From Candidatus Kapaibacterium sp. (lineage in GTDB: Bacteria > Bacteroidota > Ignavibacteria > Kapaibacteriales > UBA2268), in NCBI GenBank assembly GCA_963665665.1, contig OY762428.1:4896001-4960000 (forward strand): DNA of 64,000 nt, given 5' to 3'. Each line of letters starts with the position of its first letter. Position 1 is the stretch's first letter. Under the pieces are notes generated by a model. The model was not told the DNA's origin. It saw nothing but the letters and a program-made list of their open reading frames with translations, and did not search any database. Shown one piece after another: positions 63,101 through 64,000 of this stretch. A program made the position numbers and the translations under genes.

Positions 63101-63563
63101 CTGTTTTGTTCTCTAAATGCAGGTTAAGAGTTTTTAATACTTCATCTCTATCATCCGGATGGAGTCGGGTTTTCCAAAGGTCAAATGAATTTGATTCTTC
63201 ATCAATATTTAAAATTTTTTTCCATGCATGACTGTAAAACACTTTGTTTTTGGAAATATTCCAGTCCCAAATGCCATCCTGAGATGCTTTCATTGCATAA
63301 TCGAAGCGCTGTTCGCTTTCTTTTAATTCTTTTTCATTAGCCAGTAATTGGCGGTTGGCAGCCCGTAATTGCTGTTCATTTGCCTGTAATTGCTGATTAG
63401 CAGCCCGTAATTGCTGTTCATTTGCCTGTAATTGCTGATTGGCAGCCCGTAATTGCTGTTCATTTGCTGCAAGCTGTTGATTGGCTGCTCTTAGCTGCTG
63501 CTCATTGGCTGACAACTGTTGATTGGCTGCTCGTAATTTAGAATCTGACGAATTTTTTCCCAT
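57177..63563 (-). CDS. Cytoplasmic hybrid histidine kinase: Gln-rich coiled coil, about 12 PAS, GAF, HisKA, HATPase, REC
   Basis: 12 D(N)I(T/S)xRK-type PAS-terminal motifs; H-box IAHNFKN; N box NASQAM; DTGIGI, FFTTK, GLGL; REC LMLDD...ILDL...KP. Confidence 0.93.
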   Translation of the reverse strand: MGKNSSDSKLRAANQQLSANEQQLRAANQQLAANEQQLRAANQQLQANEQQLRAANQQLQANEQQLRAANRQLLANEKELKESEQRFDYAMKASQDGIWDWNISKNKVFYSHAWKKILNIDEESNSFDLWKTRLHPDDRDEVLKTLNLHLENKTEFWEMDHRLRTGDGNWIWVKGKGKVMEWDSEKNPVRMVGTMTDITDRKKAEQEIKKHTTFLNNSMEYSPFAMWIADAKGTVLRTNKALRDTLKLSDEQIVGKYNVFDDKNLSKPDIKEKIKKVITDFEPARFEVEWSGEKSEVESLEEAATFWIDVSLFPIQNADGELINVICQWIDITDRKQAEEKLRLSQERLQNTFDLSPSIIAKADLQSGHFIEANKAVTKFLGYSVEEFTSTPFMELIHPDDRHESAEEKDEQIKGKEVVSFENRYLCKDGTYKWIAWFGTKADKNGIVTAVGTDITEKKKAEAQIKTSEEKFRNLYEKSPFGIAICQMIKNDKNEFEDFIHIQLNESVKAHTGVDLDLLRGKKASELIDEATLKQMVDLYGNVISDSKTINYERHFDVYDRILEVTAFPLIDDYFIINFINITERKKAEEALKKSETKLKNIIENSTNLFYIHNAAGELTFISPQVKELLGYEPEEVMQKWKDFITDNPINDKAIKFTENALSTGKRQPTYELEMLRKDGKKIIVEVRESPVSENGNVISIVGSLTDISERKEAEDKIRESEAKFRSYIDNAPDGIFIANENGKYLEVNKAACDITGYTEQELLQKYIPDLLQKSEIEKGIQHFKKVKAEGFAQAEIGYVTKSGKNRFWEIDAVKLSDILFLGFVKDITARRKIQEEIKINEQRYRTAQEIGHVGNWEYNLKTTHFWGSDEAKKIYGFDPGAKNFTTDEVEECIPERENVHRALMDLIEKDKPYNLEFEIITKTKGESRIVHSIAILEKDEKGDPSKVSGVIHDITERKKAENIIRESEEKLRLLIDNSPLGICINDLEGNFILTNPAYENMLGYTKEELSDLSFFDITHPDYHTTNRSKFNKMTEGMNNRFEIQKKYIRKDGSLIDVLLHAGSIRDSEGNPTLGLAIVDDITEKNKVQARLIESETLFRNLFQKHSAVKLLIDPDDGRIVDANEAAAEYYGWSQTELRKMKISEINTLSKVEIDKELQKVRKRDIKNMEFKHKLSDGSVRDVSVYSSNVKYAGKDMLHSIIMDITERKKAEEKLKESEQQYRLLVDNINDLICEIDINGNYTYLSQNYKEVLGYEPDDLLGKPVSDLIHPEDLEASLKKYEKLTNNSGVSEDVWRFLHKDGSYRYIESKGRVYQYSEDEKRTVVISRDITDSKNAESKMKKLLSDQKILLDNDPSFIIYKDTENNIIKITDTVAKMTNLPKEEIEGKPSAEIYPTMADQYYEDDKEVLESGVPKMGYIEQLPTSDGSVKWLLTDKVPVKDENENIIGIIVFSTDITDLKKTQDALQEREQKLQRAEKIGKLGHVDWVVAEQRSYWSDEVFRIYEREPELDVPGYEEIMKLHTEEDAKRLETAVIEALQNARDYDLDLMAVMPSGKQKTLHIIGKPVQDDKGNITNIVGTVQDISDRIKAEEEIRRSRDEILLKNKISNAFVLRSEEMVFNKILKIVLDFLNCKFGYFGYITEQQSLICPSMTSDIWDKCRMSDKSIEFPIEVWGGIWGESLKTKKSIFQNEGLSLPDGHVQLRNALAVPIIYREKLIGQIGVADIKNGFDDKHLNFLEDICSYISPMLNSVLNQKRHEEELQRISKMESLGVIAGGIAHNFKNILTAMALSAEIAKARPEKSEKHLAKIIRAIDQASALATRFQTFSKTDQPVLEPVDINSIILEATEMALTGTSIVPKFELYNDIPKILLDAKRINEVLTNLLLNASQAMPKGGNIYIRSLINEGKDQLLNGNSIQIDIEDTGIGIPSDKINEIFTPFFTTKEGGHGLGLATVYNIIKKHNGEIKVYSTPGNGTTFSIFLPVNVPEKDNILKDSKNFKFKNLVTILMLDDNREILENIEDLFLEYNISITGFSDPELLVEEYQNSLDSRKYDLVILDLTLIGYNVDGLDVLRQLRKIDHNVRALVFSGHFDKPVVSNYQDYGFVGRIDKPLVLEQFLAEIKKAMAF
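63327..63536 (-). repeat. Coding 42-bp tandem repeat, (LRAANQQLxANEQQ) x5
   Basis: Residues 10-79 of the kinase. Confidence 0.92.
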
Positions 63564-63584
63564 GATATCTTTTCAGTTTTTTTC

Positions 63585-64000
63585 TTAATTCCAACGTTTT
63601 AATAAAGTTAATTTTGAGTCCCCTTCAGTGTAGAAAATTTCACCGGTTTCAATATTGAAACGGACTGTTCTTCTTAAATACCCGCCTAATGATGTTGCGG
63701 AAACTTTTATTTTCAATTTTTTAAGTAGAGCAATAATAGAGATAGTGTTGTTTTTGCAGATTGTATCATCTGGTTTTTTTAGAACATTTCCTGCTCCAAT
63801 CAGGCATACTTCTATATTGGAAAATTCATCCCTGTTAATTGCCATAAATTGTAGTAATTTTTCAATTGCATCTTCGGCATATTTTGTCTTATTCTGATTT
63901 TCTGTAATAGGTGCTTTTCCAGGCAGCATAACATGAGCCATAGCACCAATTCGCTTTTCAATATTAAATGCAGCAATAACAATGCAGGAGCCAATCCCGT
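63585..64000 (-). CDS. cheD: Chemoreceptor glutamine deamidase CheD (5' end outside the window)
   Basis: Extended translation GIGSCIVIAAFNIEKRIGAMAHVMLPG (catalytic Cys/His), KYA..AI, GAGNV, GGYLRRTV.F. Confidence 0.88.
   Translation of the reverse strand, partial: GIGSCIVIAAFNIEKRIGAMAHVMLPGKAPITENQNKTKYAEDAIEKLLQFMAINRDEFSNIEVCLIGAGNVLKKPDDTICKNNTISIIALLKKLKIKVSATSLGGYLRRTVRFNIETGEIFYTEGDSKLTLLKRWN

Overview
An AT-rich bacterial chromosome segment from the FCB group. T9SS C-terminal sorting domains, TAnnTTTG -7 promoter boxes and an atp operon lacking atpDC point to an Ignavibacteria/Kapabacteria-like lineage (inference). Recognisable content: a Septu-like ATPase + HNH pair at the left edge, M1 aminopeptidase, speA, the F0F1 operon with hldD between atpA and atpG, a C-terminally truncated clpB, argR, msrC, ispG, trxA, ktrAB, a cobalamin riboswitch controlling a btuB/btuG/btuH-like operon, and cheD next to a 12-PAS hybrid kinase at the right edge. 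The most interesting unexplained signals are: (1) cheD is 21 bp upstream of a cytoplasmic kinase whose N-terminus is a Gln-rich tandem repeat matching the chemoreceptor deamidation/methylation consensus; (2) a ~2 kb cassette (palindrome cluster + degenerate 21-bp array + ~580 bp AT-rich leader + helical/FN3 gene) occurs twice in inverted orientation with no net indels, and long phase-locked 21-bp arrays also occur at 7.6 kb and 46.1-46.9 kb; (3) an orphan RiPP-like precursor with a YxxPxL leader and seven CxxG repeats. All alignments and counts were made by eye; no database searches were run.
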